From Blastocladiella emersonii ATCC 22665 (lineage: Eukaryota; Fungi; Blastocladiomycota), in the NCBI GenBank assembly GCA_025594325.1, contig JANHCV010000010.1, positions 1,364,001-1,428,000 on the forward strand: a stretch of DNA of 64,000 bases, given 5' to 3'. Shown here in pieces: positions 1 to 12,003 of the stretch. Position numbers and translations under genes: made by a program. The number at the start of each line of letters is the position of its first letter. Positions within the stretch are counted from its first letter, which is position 1. The notes beneath the pieces were generated by a model. The model was not told the origin of the DNA and searched no databases. It saw nothing but the letters and a program-made list of their open reading frames with translations.

Positions 1-2677
1 AGACCCAGGCGCACGAGATGGAAGCCAACTCGGTGATGCGGTCGGTCCAGGAGGATCTGGTCGCGGCGCGCAGCGAGCTCGCGAGCGAGCGCGAGAAGGC
101 GGCGGCGATGGCGGCCGAGATCGCGACGCGCCGGTCGCGCGAGGCCGAGCTCGATGCGGCCGTCGCTGACTGGGCGCACCGGTGTGCTGACGCGACGGCG
201 GCGGCGGACGACGCGCGGCGCCAGCTCGCCGAGGCCCGCGCACGGGAGGAGGACCGTGTGGCAGCGCTGTCGGCGGCCGAGGCCAATGCGGCCGACCTGC
301 AGCGTGCCCTCCGCGACCGCGACGCACACGTTTCCCTGCTCGGCGCTGCCGTCAACCGGCACGAAAGCACGGCCGTGTCTTCGGCCGCCGCCATCGAGGC
401 GCTGCGCGGCGAGCTCGCCGCGGTGCGGGCAGCCAAGACGCAGGAGCGCACTGCGTCCGAGCGGCGACTCGCCGAGGACCTCGCCCTCGCGCGCGAGAAG
501 ACGCGGCTGCAGGCCGAGGACATTGACCGGCTCACGGGCCGGATCAAGATGCACGAGGAGACCATCTTCAAGCTGCAGGAGCGTCTGGTGGCGCTCGACA
601 CGGCGGGCATGGGCGTGAGCTCGACGAGCGTGACGGGCAACGGCGCCGACAAGCCGGGCAAGCGGCTCAAGACCGAGCACCGCGACCTGCAGCAGCGGTT
701 CGCCGAGACCCAGGCGCGGCTCACCGACACGGAGAAGGAGCTGCAGGAGGCGCGCGCCGCGCTGGTCCAGGCCCAGGCCATGTCGTCCAAGACGTCGCTC
801 ATGACCACGACCTCGGGCGCATCCGCCGTCATCGCCGAGAGCCCCAACGAGGACCCGAACGCGTCTTCGGCCGGCGGCGGCGTCCGTAATCGCCTGCTCA
901 CGCGCCGCGGAACGCTCCTGTCTAAGATGAAGCGCGAGCTCAAGAAGTCGCCCACGTCCAACGGGGTCGGCGCGGGGCTCTCGTCCTCGACGTCGCCCGG
1001 CAGCGTGGGGACCGGGTCCGCCGTGTCGTCGCCGTTCCCGAGTAGTCTCGGCGGCGCAGGGACCCCGCTCGGATCGCCGTACGGGTTCGGCACGTCGTCG
1101 TCGAGCGGCGGCGGCGAGGGCCACGCGGGGCTCCGCGGGTGGCTCAAGATCCCGAAAAAGGACGGGTTCCTGCGCCACGGGTGGAAGTGGAAGTACTTTG
1201 TCGTCCGTGACTACGTGCTGTACATGTGGGACAAGGAGCGCGAGGTCGACAGCCACGAGGGCGCGCTCGTCGTCGACTTGCGGTACGTTATCATGCGACT
1301 CTTCTCCTAGCGGCTCGAGACTGACTCATGTGCCGTGCTCGTGTAGCATCGACCTGTTCGCGGTCATGTGCGTCAACCCGCACGACCTGTACCACGTCAC
1401 GACCAAGGAGATCCCGTGCATCTTCAAGATCCAGGCGCTCACGAGCCCGTCAACTCCGGGCAGCGCGACGCTCGCCAACCAGATGGCGGCGACCTCGATG
1501 CCGTCGCTCAGCATGTCGGGCGGCCGCGGCAGCGCCACGCTCGCGCAGCTGCACCACCAGAGCAACAACAACCTGCTCGCCGGCTCCACGTCGCCCGGCC
1601 CCGTCGTCGTGACGGCCGACGACGCGACCTCGGTCACCTCGACGGGCACCAACAACCACAACGGCCCCGCCGCGGCGGCTGCAGCGGCCGCGGCCATGAT
1701 CGAGGCGCTCGAATCGCGCATCAAACAGCACCGCGACAAGCTCGAGGTCGAGACCAAGATGCTCGCCGCGGCCGACCGCCTGGTCCTCGTGTCCAAGGGC
1801 GCCGCGCGCATGACGGCCACGCAGCAGTACCAGCAGACACGCGACCGCATCGAGATCCTGGAGACCGAGCTGGCCGCCCTGACGCGGCAACATGAGGTCG
1901 CCGTGACGGCTGCGGCCGCTGCCGCCGCTGCGGCGCAGGAGCCACCAAGGCCGCCGTCGCCGTCGGAGCCCTCGTCCGTCTCGGCCAGCGTGTCGGAGGC
2001 GACCTCGCTCGCATCGCCTGGACCAAGACCGGTTGTCACGATCCCGTCGACGCCGCCGCCCGCCGGGTCGGTCGCGCAGGCGCCCGCGTCGCCCATCGAC
2101 TTTGACTCGCTGGTGCGGCGCACCGAGACGAGCAACACTCTGCCGCTGTCGGCGAGCCCGACCGGCGGCGACCAAGTTGTCGGGATCTTCGCGGGGCAGC
2201 AGTTCCAGCTCGCCGGGCACTACTTCAAGGCGACGGTGATCGACCAGCCCGTCGCGTGCCGGTGCTGCCACGAGACGCTCACGCCGGCCGTCCAGGCCAT
2301 CCAGTGTCCGAGTACGTTGTCATGGCTCGCAGTCTCGCTGATCAACAACTGACCTGTCTCCTTGTGTAGTGTGCTTCTTCGTCGCGCACAAGTCGTGCGC
2401 GTCGCACATCCACCTGACGTGCGGCGACGTGCAGGCGCTCAACGGGGCGACGCCCGTGTACCTCATGTGCGAGAGCGCCGAGGAGAAGAAGCGGTGGCTG
2501 CACCACCTCGACGGGCATCGCCGGCACTACCTCGCGCAGCGCCACGTCAGCGTGCCGATGCTCGCAGCCTCGGGGTCGAGCCGACAGGGCAGCATGGACG
2601 CGTCACTCGCAGCGACCACCACGGCGGGATCGGGCACGGCCACGGGCAGCGAGTACCGCCGCGGAAGTTTGCACTGA
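1..2677 (+). CDS. 3' part of a ROCK/citron/MRCK-like protein: coiled coil, then a split PH domain with inserted HR1 and C1 domains (5' end outside window)
   Basis: Frame is open from the window start. Long coiled coil, then GWLKIPK..HGWKWKYFVV..DL..KEIPCIFKI (ROCK-type PH N-half), HR1-like IEALESRIKQHRDKLEVETKMLAAADRL..LETEL, C1 domain HYF..C..CHE..QCPMCFFVAHKSC..C, and PH C-terminal helix YLMCESAEEKKRWL. Introns 1283-1346 and 2312-2369 restore the frame. Confidence 0.75.
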
Positions 2678-2801
2678 GGGCGCGGCGGCTACGAGGGAGG
2701 GGAGCGTGGGTTGGATGGACTTCAGTTTTTCTCGCATATATACCGTTTGTCTAGCGTCGACGCACTCCTGGCTTGTCCGTGCCGCGTCTTCGGCCGAGGA
2801 A

Positions 2802-2830
2802 GAGACGCGACCAGCTACAGTATCATGTGA
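2802..2830 (+). promoter_or_regulatory. Bipartite GACGCG..TCATGTGA motif upstream of LRR gene L1
   Basis: GAGACGCGA-N12-TCATGTGA about 104 nt before ATG 2934; the same motif recurs upstream of the paralogs. Confidence 0.55.
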
Positions 2831-2933
2831 GGAAGGGCCGTGGCGTCCAACTCGAGGCGAGGAGACCCGGAGCGCCGCGCCCTCGCTCTTGATCTCGGCG
2901 ACACACCACCAATGTATTCGCCCTAGCGGCACC

Positions 2934-4691
2934 ATGAAACTCTCCGACTCCATGCATCAGCCAAAGCTAGCCATACCGAATCTCGTCGACAAGATTCTCG
3001 CCGAGGTCGTGCGACTACACGACGCTGACGCCAAGGGCGTCGTCGATCTCGTCCTTCTTGCACCTTATCTGCGTGTTGCTCCCCGTGCTCTCATCCCCCA
3101 GGTTTACCGAGCTGTCGATCGGCGCGTCATGGCCGTTTCCGTTGACGAAGCAAGCGCTGCGAACCGCGTCGACTTGCTTCGCTTTCGCGTCGCTACTGGT
3201 CTTCCTTTCGAGTACACCGAGGCTGCTTTGCAAAAGGCTAGCTCGTGGAGCCATTACGAAACCCTCGACTGGTGGCGGGACTCGGGTCTTCCTCTGCTTT
3301 ATGAATATCTCGACGAATACTCTGCTATTACATTGGGTGTTCCCCAATACTCCAGCGCGGCCGCCGGACGTCAAGAGGCTCCCAAGATTGCTGCAGGAGA
3401 TGCCATGTGTTCGCAAGCTATTAACGAAGTTATGGGCGGCACGTCAGAAATCAATCTCTACTCGGCCCGCATTTCCATGAACGGCATTCGGGATCTCAAT
3501 CGCGCGCTTTCTATTCCCGATCACCCTGTTACATCTCCCAACCTGGGCGCGGTCGATCTCGACTTTCCTCGTCTGTGCGCAATTGAATTCCCACCATCGC
3601 TTGTCTCGCTACAACTGTCCTGGAACCGGATTGCCCATGGATCCACGCCTAATGTCGCGCTTTGCCTGCCTGGCACGCTGTCGCGCCTCCAGATCGACAA
3701 CGAAGACTTGAATTTTCCGCATTTTGCCGCCAGCCTCCAGCGCCTCCCGCAGGCATTGACTCAACTCACGATTTGTGAGACTGGTCTCGACCTGCCGGCC
3801 GTTACGCACCTTGCTCAAGGCCTTTCGTCCTCCCGGCTGGTAAAGCTTACCTTTATTGGCTGCGACCTTGATTATGAAAGCACTGTCGCCCTTATGGGTG
3901 GGCTTCCGTCGAGTCTTCAGAAACTTGGCCTGCTGGGCGCAGAACTTTCTTCCTCGACTGGACACGCGAAACTCGGCGGTCGACTTCCTCCTAGCTTGAA
4001 GTCTTTAAAGCTCCGTGGGCAAGGCAAGGTTGACAACACGTTACTCGAAAATCTTCCCAACTCATTGGAGAAACTCGAGCTCAAGTTCGTCGAGGTGAAC
4101 ATGGGTTTTCTCCTCGCCTTGACAAGCCGCGAGCGACCAGCGCTCTGTGTTCTTGACCTTGGGGAAGTAAACCTTGACGATGCTTCCGAGCCAAGCATGA
4201 CCACGTTGGCAGACAGCATTGCAGCTCAAACCGGAGTCGCATTCCCCGCCTTGGAGAAGCTGGACCTCCATCACTTCCCGTTCGGCTCACGCGAAGCCGC
4301 TCAATTGCTTCTTTCACGTCTGCTTGGGCCGCGTCTCAAGGAAGTTATCCTTGGCTGGCGCTATGGCAGAGATTCCATTGACGACAAATTCGTGGAAACT
4401 TTGCTCGATCACGGTCTGACGCGCCTAGAGAAGCTCAACTTGGGCAATTGCGCGCTGACGGACAGATCGGCGATGTTGCTCGCCACGCGGCTGCCACTGT
4501 CGGTCAAGTCGCTGGACGTGGTCCAAATTTCTTTTAGCGATGCTGGCTTTGTGGATTTGGTTCGCCTGGGGCTGAATCGAGCTGGCGCTCTCAAAATCTC
4601 ACTTTCGCTTTCAAGCGCGAGTGAGAACGTCAAAATGGTGTTTGAACCGATCAAGGACCACCTTTCCAATATCTTTCAGTTGCAGGATTGA
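2934..4691 (+). CDS. L1: F-box-like N-terminus + ankyrin-like repeats + RNI-like LRRs (expanded family), intact and intronless
   Basis: MKLSDSMHQPKLAIPNLVDKILAEVV, SVDEASAANRVDLL..DWWRDSGL, then LP.sL..L.L repeats; clearly paralogous to genes at 42.7-50.6 kb and 62.8-64 kb. Confidence 0.85.
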   Translation: MKLSDSMHQPKLAIPNLVDKILAEVVRLHDADAKGVVDLVLLAPYLRVAPRALIPQVYRAVDRRVMAVSVDEASAANRVDLLRFRVATGLPFEYTEAALQKASSWSHYETLDWWRDSGLPLLYEYLDEYSAITLGVPQYSSAAAGRQEAPKIAAGDAMCSQAINEVMGGTSEINLYSARISMNGIRDLNRALSIPDHPVTSPNLGAVDLDFPRLCAIEFPPSLVSLQLSWNRIAHGSTPNVALCLPGTLSRLQIDNEDLNFPHFAASLQRLPQALTQLTICETGLDLPAVTHLAQGLSSSRLVKLTFIGCDLDYESTVALMGGLPSSLQKLGLLGAELSSSTGHAKLGGRLPPSLKSLKLRGQGKVDNTLLENLPNSLEKLELKFVEVNMGFLLALTSRERPALCVLDLGEVNLDDASEPSMTTLADSIAAQTGVAFPALEKLDLHHFPFGSREAAQLLLSRLLGPRLKEVILGWRYGRDSIDDKFVETLLDHGLTRLEKLNLGNCALTDRSAMLLATRLPLSVKSLDVVQISFSDAGFVDLVRLGLNRAGALKISLSLSSASENVKMVFEPIKDHLSNIFQLQD

Positions 4692-5129
4692 GCTTTCATT
4701 GACCAAACGTGGATAGCGTGCTCCGTTGACGTATATATTTTTGTTTGATTGCTTCCCCCTATCGCCATTATTCCGTCATTGGCCGCTGCTCTGCTTTTCG
4801 CCTTTCTCGGGCCCACGCTTCCCGCAGGTCAAATCACGCGCTGCAATCCACCTGGGTTGATCAAAGGAACGGCGGTGAGAGATAGACGAGATGAGGTTTG
4901 AACTGTACATATACAAATGAGGACCTCGGTACCGCTCCTCCGGCCGCCGATCAGTCAAGGAGTGCGAACAATACGGCAAGAGTGAGGATGTGCAATCGAC
5001 GCGCGAAGCCCGTCCGAGAGGTGTGGCAGTAGCTGTCGTTCAAGTGCGAGTTCGAAGCTTGCGGCCGAGTGGGAAAAGTGCTGTAGTCGCGACCGAGGTG
5101 ATTGGGGCATTGTTGAGGCGCAAGCGGGC

Positions 5130-5690
5130 GGCTAGACCTCGCAGTATCCACAGAGCCCCAAGCAACATTCTTGTGCGACAGATATCTCTCGCTTGAGGCA
5201 CGGTTCGGCACCATCGGATCCAGCGACCAGGACAAGCGCTCGACCCAGCGGACCTGGCTGGATATCCTTGCTGCGCGCTGCGACGCGATTGATCAGAGGG
5301 TACCACGCGCACGAGCGGCGCGGTCTTTTCACGGCACCCGCGCGCGTGGTGCCCGGACAGCGCGCAAGCGAGGAAGCCGGCAGGACTCGGATTGAGCTGG
5401 TTCGTGAAGCAGGAGCATGGTGGTAGCTGTTCCACGTTCGCAGACGATCCCCAAAGGCGGTGCGTCGCGGCCAGACCGTTTAGACTGACATGCAACGGGT
5501 GACGTTGCTGTTCTTGACAGCCGTCTCGGTTTTCCCCGATTGCATGAAGTTTTGTGCCGAGTTGACCCATGGTGACTCGACGAAGGCAGAGCAAGCAAGG
5601 GCATGACGCGATTTGGATCAACAACAGCCCAGCTCGCCGCTCTGGAGCTTGATGCGAAACGACGCGCTGGAACTCAACTTGATTCAATAG
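5130..5690 (+). mobile_element. Possible highly degenerate hAT transposase relic
   Basis: Across frameshifts and in hAT order: VST(D)..SN (~5145-5170), YPCCA (~5262-5280), WINNSPARR (~5613-5640), LELDAK/TRWNST (~5643-5680). Many stops and odd spacing. Confidence 0.35.
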
Positions 5691-6378
5691 AGACCACGAA
5701 TCCGTGCGAGGCAAGGCATGGACAGGCCGTGAAGAGCTGACAACCTGGAGCCCGGCGGCCGCAGGTGAAACCGCCAAATAACGAGCAAGAAGTTGACCCG
5801 GTATTCGTTACATGAGTTTACATGATAATGCGATAAGTTACATGTCGCTCTAGTGCGGCCGCGATGGGAGGGTGGGGAGCGCAAGCGTTTCGCGCGGGCG
5901 CGCGACGAATTCGGTCGCCCGAGTGTGCACGGGCCACGTGGGCTGGGAGCACGCGATGCGCCGCACACGTGCGGTGTTTGAGACACTTGTGTCTCTCCCT
6001 CGTTCATCTCGGCCCTGAACCGCGGCGCAGCTCGGTGAAGCGAACTTCAACGTCGTTAGAATCACACGAGACTCCTCGCGGAGGCATCACTCGCCGCGAC
6101 CTTGCTGGACGCGGCGGCAACCAGCCATCATCGTGCCGTACTGCTCTCGCGAGCGAGCCGACGGCAGCAGCGGCCCGAGCGGTGTCTTGGCGACCTCGTT
6201 GTTCCTCAAATAATCCGCACACGACGCGATTATTGGCGCGTGAGCGTCGCGCGCTGTTGTTGGTCGCCGGCACGCTGGACCCGCGGCTGTGTCCGATCCG
6301 TCGGCTCGGCTCAGAGACAATGGAGCACATGAGATTTGAGCTATGTATACAAAATGAAGTCCTCATCCACCGCCCCAC

Positions 6379-7247
6379 CTACCACACGAGCAGCGCGAGG
6401 AAGACAGCGAGGGCGAGGAACAGGAGCGAGATGAAGAACCAGAGGACGCCCCAGAACTGCGCCGCGCACCCGTACCGCTGCGCAAACACCGCGGCATCGC
6501 TCGAGTTGACCTTGCGCGAGATCAGGTCCTCGACGATATCCCACAGCGAGTAGAGCGCGGACATGACGCCGACGAACAGGACGACGTAGACGAGCCCGAC
6601 CGAGTCGGGGGTGAGGACCCAGAGCAGCGGGAACAGGAGCATGAACCCGAACGTGAGCCCGCGCGTGAACCAGTTCTCGGCCCACCACAGGATGGCCGCC
6701 AGGCACAGGCACAGGAGGACCGAGGCGACCTTGCTGGCGTAGATGTCGAACCCGCAGAAGATGAGCACGCTGCCGTACACGGAGCTCCCAATGTACCCCG
6801 CGGGAAGCACGCAGCACGTCCGCCCGCCGCGCATCTTGGTCACGCCGCCCTCGTTCGGGTCGACTGAGATGGCCTCGATGCGCGCGCCCGTGCACTTGCC
6901 CTACACATCCGCGGGTCGCTCGTCAGTGCCGACCCACGCACCCGCACCCACGAGCGAGAACGACGTACCGCGAGCGCATGCCCCGACTCGTGGAGCGCGA
7001 CGGTGAGCAGCTTGAACGGGTAGAGGAGGTGCTTGAGGACGGGAAAGTTCCAGAGGATGAGGATGCCGATGAAATAGGCGCCGATGAGGTAGAAGGTGAA
7101 GATCTGGCGGTCCGACGGGTGCTGCAGCTTGTACAGGAAGTTGCGCTCGAGCTGCTTGCTGTCCGTCGAGTTGAACACGTCCGTGAAGGCGAGCGGCGCG
7201 CCGCCAGTGGGGGAAGCGCCTGGTTGTGGTGATGGCCACGGCACCAT
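6379..7247 (-). CDS. Peptidase M50B-like membrane metalloprotease
   Basis: HESGH zinc motif, ISVDPNEGGVT, PAGYIGS, SALYSLWDIVEDLISRKVNSSDA; several TM helices; intron 6901-6968. Confidence 0.9.
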
Positions 7248-7657
7248 GGTGGTGGCGAAGACTGACGGACGAGAGAGAGAGAGGGCGTGTGCAAGTGTGC
7301 GAATGCAAGTAATGGAATTCTCAGCAGCAGCGCGGAGAGACGAGGGGAGGGGAGGGGAGAGCGGAGCGGCTATACAACAGAAAACCGGCGGCGTGTGCGT
7401 GTGGTTGGACGGGTCAAGAGGGAGCGGGACGTTGCACCAAGTCCTTTGCCGAGAGGACGTGTGTGGATGACGAGTCAAAAGAGAGGAGAGGAGAGGAGAG
7501 GGACAAACGGCCGAGCCTGGACCCAGGTCCAAAAACAAAAAATCAAGTGGGCGTGGCGCAACGTTCCACGTCGATGCGGCGCAGCGCGCCGAGCGCGGCA
7601 AGCCAGCCGACGGCGTCGACACGACGAGACGCGGAAATGGGGCCGACACGGCCCACG

Positions 7658-8089
7658 TTACAGAATCAGCAGCGGGAGCAGCTCGGACGTCGACGACAGC
7701 GAGCGCGGGCGGCCGCCGTTGACGCCGTTGACGCCGTTGGCTCCGACCGAGCCCGTGGCCGAGGCGGTGGTGGTGGTACCGGTGGTGAACTGCTGGCTGA
7801 AGCGGCGGAGATGGAGCGCCGCCGGGACGGCCGCGATGGGCGGGGAGGCCGAGCCGGTCCAGGGCACCGCGTTGCCGCCGATGGGCCAGAACCCGCCCGC
7901 GGCCGGCGTGGGCGAGGTCGGCGAGACGGGCGGCAGGTTGAGGCTGGCCGACGACGACGCGGGCGACGCGGCGAGGGTGCCGAGCGACCACGGCCACGCG
8001 GCCGAGGCCGTGGGCGAGGCGGGGCACGCGGTGCCTGCCGTGGCGGCCGTGGCGGTGGGCTGGCCGTCGGTGGTGGTGGTTGAGGTCAT
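7658..8089 (-). CDS. Hypothetical low-complexity Ser/Thr/Ala/Pro-rich protein (143 aa)
   Basis: ATG in ccaATGA context, GC3-rich codons, no recognisable domain. Confidence 0.4.
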   Translation of the reverse strand: MTSTTTTDGQPTATAATAGTACPASPTASAAWPWSLGTLAASPASSSASLNLPPVSPTSPTPAAGGFWPIGGNAVPWTGSASPPIAAVPAALHLRRFSQQFTTGTTTTASATGSVGANGVNGVNGGRPRSLSSTSELLPLLIL

Positions 8090-8687
8090 TGGTTGAGCGG
8101 GTGGGTTCTTGAGTAATCGATACAGGGGCAGAGTGACGCGGACGGCGGCGAGGAGGAAGAGGAGAGGCGAAGGCGGCGGCACGGATGCGTGCAAAGTGCA
8201 AGTCAGGGACGCGCGCGCTTCCCACGGCCAGCCCGTGTGGCGCGCGCTTGCGCTCAAGTCGCGTTTCTTGCCGCTCGTGGCCGAGCGAGGCAGGTAAGGC
8301 AAACTCTGAGCTTGACTCTCTCGACGCTGAACGGAACGGTCGGCAGCACACGAGAAGCGATGGAGACAGCATGAAAGATTAGTTATTGTACAAATTGAGC
8401 GGGGGACTAGCAACAGAGCGGGGGACGCGGCACGCACGCACGCACGGCGGGGAGCGGAGCGAGGGAGGGGAGGGAAGGGAGCACGGCCGAGCGACAGACA
8501 GCGACGGACGACGATGACGGCAGGGGGAGAGGGTATGGTGTGTCTACGGTAAGGGAAAGGAGGGGAGCAGCCGCCGCGGAAGACGACGCGAGGTCGACGA
8601 CCGTGCGCACCCCACCACCACCACCCGGCATCCACACCCGCGCGTACGTGCGAGCGAGCGAGACCCAACGACGAGAAGAGGGCAAGC

Positions 8688-9484
8688 TTAGGCCGACTTC
8701 TTCTCCTCGACGATCTGGCGGGTCTCGGCAGCGACCTCGAGAGCGCGGTCCTTGGCGGCGTCGACCGTCTGGAACACCTTCTGGCCGGTGGGCGTAGCGA
8801 GGGCCTTCTCGCCGAGCTCCTTGGTCTTGGCGAGGATCTGGGTCGCGTTCTCCGAAATGTGGAACTTGGCGTCCATCTCCTTGAGCAGGTTGGTCACCTT
8901 GTACTGCTCGTCGAGGGCCTCGGCCTTGGCGCGGGCAGAGAACATGTAGGCGGCGAGCGTCTTGGTCACCGAGTACTTGTCGTCGATCTCGACGCCGCGC
9001 TTGACGATCGTCTCCGACAGCGTGTAGCCCTCGGCGAGGAGCTCGGCGATCACGCGCGTGTACGGCTTGTGCTCGTCGTCATTGGTCTCGATGGCCTTCT
9101 TGGCGTCCTCCTCGACGGCGACGGCCGCATCCGACTCGTGCGCCTCGAAGAAGGACTTGACCGTCACCGAGCGGTCGACGATCACCGCGTTGGACAGCAG
9201 GCGCGCCGTGTTGGCGGCCGACTCCTTGTCGAACAGGATGAAGGCCTCCTGCGTCTCGCCCGACGTCAGCATCTCGAACCGGTTGATCTTGCCGCAGAAC
9301 GAGAAGAAGTCCTTGACCGACTTCTCCGTGGCGTTGGCCGAGATGTTCTGCACCAGCACGGCGTTGGGGGTGGCCTCGATGTCCTGTTCACGGTCATGGT
9401 GTCGTCAGTTGATACATCCAGTGGGTCGCGGGAGAGGGCGAGTGGGCGCAGCCAGCCACATACAGCGACGTTGAAGGTGGTCAT
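8688..9484 (-). CDS. vip1: Vip1-like RRM protein
   Basis: VQNISANATEKSVKDFFSFCGKI RRM, then KPYTRVIAELLAEGY..GVEIDDKY helical region; intron 9384-9463; TATAAAG at 9581-9587 on the minus strand. Confidence 0.8.
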
Positions 9485-10051
9485 GTTGATGGATGGATGA
9501 AGATGAGGCGGGGCGGGTTGTGAGATCCGTGGGTGCTTGACTGGCGAGAGAGCGGGCGGCGTGCGGGGGGCGGCCGCGGGCTTTATACTCTGGCAAAGGG
9601 GACGCCGACGCGGGCGGCGTCGCCGGCCGGCCCCACCTCGCGACTCGACTCGAGCGGGACGCCCCCTCTTCCTCCCTCGCAGTGATATCATTGGAGCAGC
9701 GCGCACGTGCGTCAGAGGTGCGCCGCCGCCGCCCACCCGCCGCCACCGCTTCCCTCTTCCTTTCGCCGCCCTTCGTTTTCAACGCCCAACGCGGCCGGCC
9801 TTTGACGTCACTGGCCCCAGTCCGATGCGCGTGTCGTGTCCCGCGCCGCCTGCGAGACGCACGCAAGGGATCATGTCCCTGGCGACTGCTTTTCACGCCG
9901 TCGCCCGCTTGCGTTGAAATGAAGCGACGTCTCAACTCACGCGTTTGCTCGCTGGCGTCGGCGTCGCGTCGGCGACTACGCCACCCTTCGCCGCCGACGC
10001 CGACCTTGCCAACACCAACGTTGCATGCACGCTCCGAATCTATTGATCTCA

Positions 10052-11752
10052 TCACCGGCGGCCGCCCTGCTTCTTCGCCTTCTTCCCCGCCGCCGCGCGG
10101 CCACCATCGCGGTCGCCGACGTCGCGCCCACGCTTCTTCCCACCCGCAGCCTTGGCAACCGCGCGCTCCATCTTGCGCCGCACCACGTCCCACTGGTCAG
10201 CCCAGTACTCGTCGCCGTACGGCTTGCGGAACTCGCCCGTCGTCGGCGGGTGCATCCAGTAGTTCATGGCGACGTGCACGTCGCCCGGGCAAGGCGACTC
10301 GCTCGTCACCTCGTGGAACCACGACGAGGGCAGGTACAGCATCTCGCCCGCCGCGAGCGTCACGGTCGCGCGCGAGGAGGCCGCGAGGCCGGCGAGGTGA
10401 GTGGAAGGGGGAGGCGGGGTGAGGGTGGAGGGGTGCTCGGTTGGGTGGAGTGTTGAGACGGCGATCTGGCTGAAGCTCGGCGGCTCGGCGCGCTTGGGCT
10501 CGGACTCGGTGTCGGAGAAGAGGGCGTCAAAGTCGTCGTCGCCGGCGCCGTCCGCGAGGAGCGCGGGGTCCGGGATCGAGCCGTCGTCGTCCGAGTCGGC
10601 GTCGCTACCACCGTTGCCGAAGAACGAGCCGCCCTCCTCCTCGTCATCCTCGTCATCATCATCATCCATGCCGCCGCCGCCCGCCTGCATCTGCGCGAGC
10701 ATCGCCTCATCCAGCTCGGCCTCGGCGCGCTCGAGCGCGTCCATATCCTCGGGCGACTCGCGCTCGACACGGGCGAGCTCGGCCTGCGCCCTGTCGACGC
10801 GCCACCGGGCGACGTCCGCGTCGAACGCGCCGTCGTCGCGGATCCCCTCTTCGTACACGATGAGCCCGTTCTTCGCGACGCGCGCGACGTCGCCGTGCAG
10901 GTGCAGGTTCCCGGCGTCGCGCGGACTGAACAGCGTGAACCGCTTGCGCCCGCGGATCAGCACGTACAGGTTGTCGGCGAAATCGTGGTGCAGGCCCGAC
11001 GACGCGCCGCCCGAGCGCGTGCTGCCGAGCCACAGGTTGAGCTGTTGCGGGATCAGGGTGGGCAGGATGGGCGGGATCCACGGGAAGTCGGTCGCGAGGG
11101 CCGGGAGGGGTGCCGGGAAGACGTCCCGGATCGACGGGCCGTTGTCGCTCTCGTCGTCGTCGGACTCGGCGGCGTACTGCGTCGTCAGGTACCGGTGCGG
11201 CGACGTGCGGATCGTCGCGAGGAAGTCGCTGAACGTCGACGGGATCCGCGCCTTGGCCGTGCCGAAGATGCCTACACCGAGGCGTCAGACTTCGCAACAC
11301 CCCCTGCACGAGAGTTAGAGCGTACCGTCACTCCCCGCCTCCTCCACCATGACCTTCTGCTTCCCCGCGCGCGCCGCGAGGTACTCGAGCGACGCCCACT
11401 GCTCGAGCATCGGCCGCGCCCACGCCGCATCGCCCACCAGCACGCACGGCGTGCGCGTCGCCACGTACGACGCGAAGAACGATTCGGGCGTCGTGTCGGC
11501 CAGACGCACGCGCGGGACGGACCAAGAGCCGTCGAGAGGTGGGTGGAAGCCCGTGTACTCGTTCGGGAACGTCGGCGACGCGGGCGAGGTAGGCGCGGGG
11601 GCAGCGGGCGACTCGGGCTCAGCGACGAACTCGGGTGCGGGAGCAGCGTCCGAGGCCGACGACGACAGCGGGCGCTTGGTCCACTGCAGCTTGATCCCGC
11701 CGCTGGTGCGTTTCGCGGTGTGCTTCATGGTAGTCGTGGTGTTGGGTTGCAT
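10052..11752 (-). CDS. JmjC / cupin-like 2OG-Fe(II) oxygenase with an acidic insertion
   Basis: LNLWLG..SSGLHHDFADNLYVLIRGRKRF and GEMLYLPSSWFHEV (HxD...H intact); intron 11272-11325; alternative ATG at 11728. Confidence 0.9.
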
Positions 11753-12003
11753 CAACTCTATGGTAGCGAGCGAGTGAAGAAAGCAGGCCGCGCGACAAGG
11801 TTCGCGACGGCCGGTTGATCGCGATCAGCACGAGCGCGTGACCCGTTGCGAGGCACGTCGCGTCTCTCAGTTTCGAAGGAGGGTGGTGAGCAAGTGATTG
11901 GATTGAATGAATGGGTGGACAAGAATGCAATGGGGGTGGTGGGGGAATCGTGCGTGGTACAGCTAGGGTAGTGGGGGAGGAGGGACACGGGTAGCGCACG
12001 AGA

